Positions 18,736 to 21,574 of a stretch of DNA of 21,574 nt are shown piece after piece. The notes beneath the pieces are model-generated. The model searched no databases and was not told where the DNA came from. It saw only the letters and a list, made by a program, of their open reading frames with translations. A program made the translations under genes and the position numbers. Position 1 is the stretch's first letter, and every line of letters starts with the position of its first letter. This DNA comes from Octopus sinensis (taxonomy: Eukaryota): the NCBI RefSeq assembly GCF_006345805.1, contig NW_021823610.1, positions 1 to 21,574 of the forward strand, read 5' to 3'.

Positions 18736-18956
18736 CGAGTGGGTGCTGAAAAGTTCCTGGCTTTGGATAAAAGAAAATACAGGAGGATCAGTTAATTATG
18801 ATTTTATTTCAACGTATTTTCCTCTCGGATTCACACACTTATTGCAGCGGTTCTTCAGTTTTTCTCATCCCTGCAAAAGACCTCGGAAGTTTGGGTATCC
18901 AGACAGCCCTTTCACGACACCCTTAAAGCCAGGAATTTTTTTTCAGCACCCCTTCG
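18736..18956 (-). mobile_element. Mariner-derived MITE (221 bp)
   Basis: ta|cgagtgggtgctgaaaagttcctggcttt ... aaagccaggaatt..ttcagcaccccttcg|ca. The interior on minus reads KLKNRCNKCVNPRGKYVE, like the mariner C-terminus (L..RW.KC+...G.YVE). Confidence 0.85.
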
Positions 18957-19135
18957 CATATATATATTTTGATATTGGAAGAAGCGTTTAACTCAAGATG
19001 TAAATAAACATGTTTTATCGTATGCTAGGTCGTTATCCGTCGCCATGTTGCCGGTAAAGATATTTGTAAATTATGCTCATACCTTCATAAATGGTTCAAA
19101 TAATGTTTAGATTGACTTTCTCAGTGGAGATTATA

Positions 19136-19534
19136 GGCGTAGGAGTGGCTGTGTGGTAAGTAGCTTGCTTACCAACCACATGGTTCTGGTTTCAGTTCCA
19201 CTGCGTGGCACCTTGGGCAAGTATCTTCTACTATAGCCTCGGGCTTGTGAGTGGATTTGGTAGACGGAAACTGAAAGAAGCCCGTCGTACATATGTATAT
19301 ATATATGGGTGTGGGGGTGAGTGTGTACGTTTGTGTGTCTGTATTTGTCCCCCCAACATCACTTGACAACCGATGCTGGTGAGTTTACGCCCCCGTAACT
19401 TAGCGGTTCGGCAAAAGAGACCGATAGAATAAGTACCAGGCTTACAAAGAATAAGTCCTGGGGTCGATTTGTCGACTAAAAAGGCGATGCTCCAGCACGG
19501 CCACAGCCAAATGACTGAAACAAGTAAAATAGTA
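19136..19534 (+). mobile_element. Full-length family-A SINE with internal microsatellite
   Basis: ggcgtaggagtggctgtgtggtaag..ggtttcagttcc..gaagcccgtcg, then a TA/TG spacer, then tttgtccccc..gacaaccgatgctgg..gactgaaacaagtaaaa. Confidence 0.92.
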
Positions 19535-19908
19535 ACAGTTTGAATACAGTTGAACAATAGCATTCATTTAAAATACCTTCTTTTTTTGGTAATATTCTAC
19601 AAGATAAGCATATTCATTGAAAAATATCTCGTCTTATATGCTCTGGTTGGCCGTGCATAACAATATTACGGATGTTAGTAGTGAAACTGTTTATGTGCCC
19701 TGTGTGGTAAGGCTAGTTAATAGCTGAATGTTATTTAATAAAAGCCTCGTTAGTTACTATGCTGACAACTCTACCTATCCAACAATCTTTCACATGAAAA
19801 GCTTTTTTAAAACTGTGCTGCGTTGCCTGTATGTTGAGAAACATACAGAAAAACGCACATACAAAGAGAAATACACACTTCACACTACCAACCAAAATTA
19901 AATATATA

Positions 19909-20111
19909 TTCCTTTCTAATCTAGGCACAAGGCCCAAAATTTTGGGGGAGGGGAGCCCAGTCGATTAGATCAATTCCAGAACGCAACTGGTACTTAATTT
20001 ATCGACCCCGAAAGGATGAAAGGCAAACTCGACCTCGGTGGAATTTGAACTCACAACGCAAAGACAGACGAAATACCGCTAAGCATTGCGCCTGGTGTGC
20101 TAACGTTTCTG
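19909..20111 (-). mobile_element. Family-C SINE, type-2 tail
   Basis: Reverse complement is colinear with 13675-13882. Confidence 0.88.
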
Positions 20112-20252
20112 TTATATAGTAAAAAATATTTTTTTGAAGTCTGTGTTGCGTTATGTCGACAGATTTGCACTTAAAATTCCCGCATTTTTAAGGTAGGGTG
20201 TTGTCACTGCGGTGACGACATCTTGTCGATCTATCTTTCACACACACACACG

Positions 20253-20289
<37 letters not shown>

Positions 20290-20484
20290 CGCTGTATTTC
20301 TTTTTTAACAACTTTTTCTCTTCCCTTTCTTTCCATCCTTCACATATATCTTGTGACAGACAGGCGGAGATAGATCAGCTTGTCTTTTATAATATTAGAT
20401 CGTCCACTTTTTTCTGGCCGCACATATGCTTGAAACTTGCTAACTTCCTACACTTGGATCCATGCATCGTACTTACCTCTTGCT

Positions 20485-20600
20485 ATATATATATATATAT
20501 ATATATATACATTCATATGTACACATAAATACACATACATACATACTACATACATACATACATACATACATGCATACATACATACATATATATAGATATA

Positions 20601-20662
<62 letters not shown>

Positions 20663-20674
20663 ATATATATATAT
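20485..20674. repeat. (TA)n/(CATA)n microsatellite
   Basis: Directly visible. Confidence 0.95.
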
Positions 20675-20830
20675 GCAAATGAGAGAAGAACGCAAAACAT
20701 CCGGTACAGCTAGGTGATACAAAAAGGGACAACAAACATCCAAATAGACGATACAAAGAAAACAAGGACGGGTCATTCGGAGTTTCCTTTCCTCCGTCAA
20801 GCACCAGATTATCCTCGCAATTTCTGCTGA
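20675..20830. mobile_element. Single-arm copy of the 16174-16445 fold-back family, abutting (TA)n
   Basis: agaacgcaaaacatcc..ggtgatacaaaaagggacaac..gacgatacaaag.aaacaaggacgggtcattcggagttt..ccagattatcctcgcaatttctgctg. Confidence 0.85.
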
Positions 20831-20864
20831 TTCATACATACATATATGTACATAGATGAGCATA

Positions 20865-20878
20865 TATACACACATACA

Positions 20879-20974
<96 letters not shown>
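20865..20974. repeat. (CA)n microsatellite
   Basis: Directly visible. Confidence 0.95.
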
Positions 20975-20975
<1 letters not shown>

Positions 20976-21175
20976 GTAGCTGTAATTAAATATAGACGTA
21001 GACATTGCGGAAATTACTGAGCGAAATTTCAGACTGTATCCCGAAATTAGTGGCTATATTTTATAATTTACGAAAGCGTGATGACATTGTGTGTTTTTTT
21101 TTTGCATGTGTGTGGTGGGGAGGATTAATTCGAATAAAGAGCCTGTATCTCATGGCCTTCGTAGTTCTTCTAGAC

Positions 21176-21480
21176 CAGTGATTCTTAACCGGGGTCCATA
21201 CGGCTCCTGAGTATCGATATTAGATTTTGGGGGATCCATGCAACAAAATAGTAAACTTTAGATATATGTATTCGTATGTATTGCAAGAATCAGCTAGGTT
21301 TCTTTCTTTAATATTTTTACATAGTTCAACCTACAGAAGTTAAGGTATGATAAACAAAATAGGAATTTTGAAAGAAGTATCTATAAAACTACTTTTTAAA
21401 CATCGAATGCCTATGGGGGTCCACCAGAATGAAATATTAATCAAAGGGGTCCGTGAATAAAAAATGGTTGAGAAACCCGG
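21176..21480 (+). mobile_element. hAT (Charlie-like) MITE with 8-bp TSD
   Basis: TIRs cagtgattcttaacc / ggttgagaaacccgg. Flanks TTCTAGAC (21168-21175) and TTCGAGAC (21481-21488) match 7/8 and fit the NTCTAGAN target preference of Charlie-type hATs. Internal ggggtcc motifs. Confidence 0.85.
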
Positions 21481-21574
21481 TTCGAGACCGAAAAGATTGA
21501 CGCTGTTACTGCTGCTTTTAAACAAGGCAACGGTTACACTGGAAACTAAATACAGCAAAGGAAATTCGACAGAG

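Overview
AT-rich, repeat-saturated eukaryotic DNA (intergenic or deep intronic). I can support no host protein-coding gene, tRNA, rRNA or CRISPR array. Most long ORFs in the track are translations of microsatellites. The tRNA-derived SINE families and microsatellite load look like an octopod cephalopod genome (inference from recall, not a search). The window is a nest of mobile elements: three modular SINE families (my labels A, B, C), a Merlin DNA transposon with intact ends and an 8-bp TSD, mariner, hAT and unclassified MITEs, a decayed hAT transposase, a probable mini-Helitron, Tx1-like, RTE-X-like and RLE-type LINE fragments, and several Penelope-like element (PLE) remnants. The best lead is at 4957-5490: a (TA)n-associated inverted-repeat element carrying a complete minimal type I hammerhead ribozyme fold on the minus strand (5089-5041). 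Its core has the compensatory G3:C8 swap, and the inverted partner copy begins within 1 nt of the predicted cleavage site. Coordinates of degenerate remnants are approximate.
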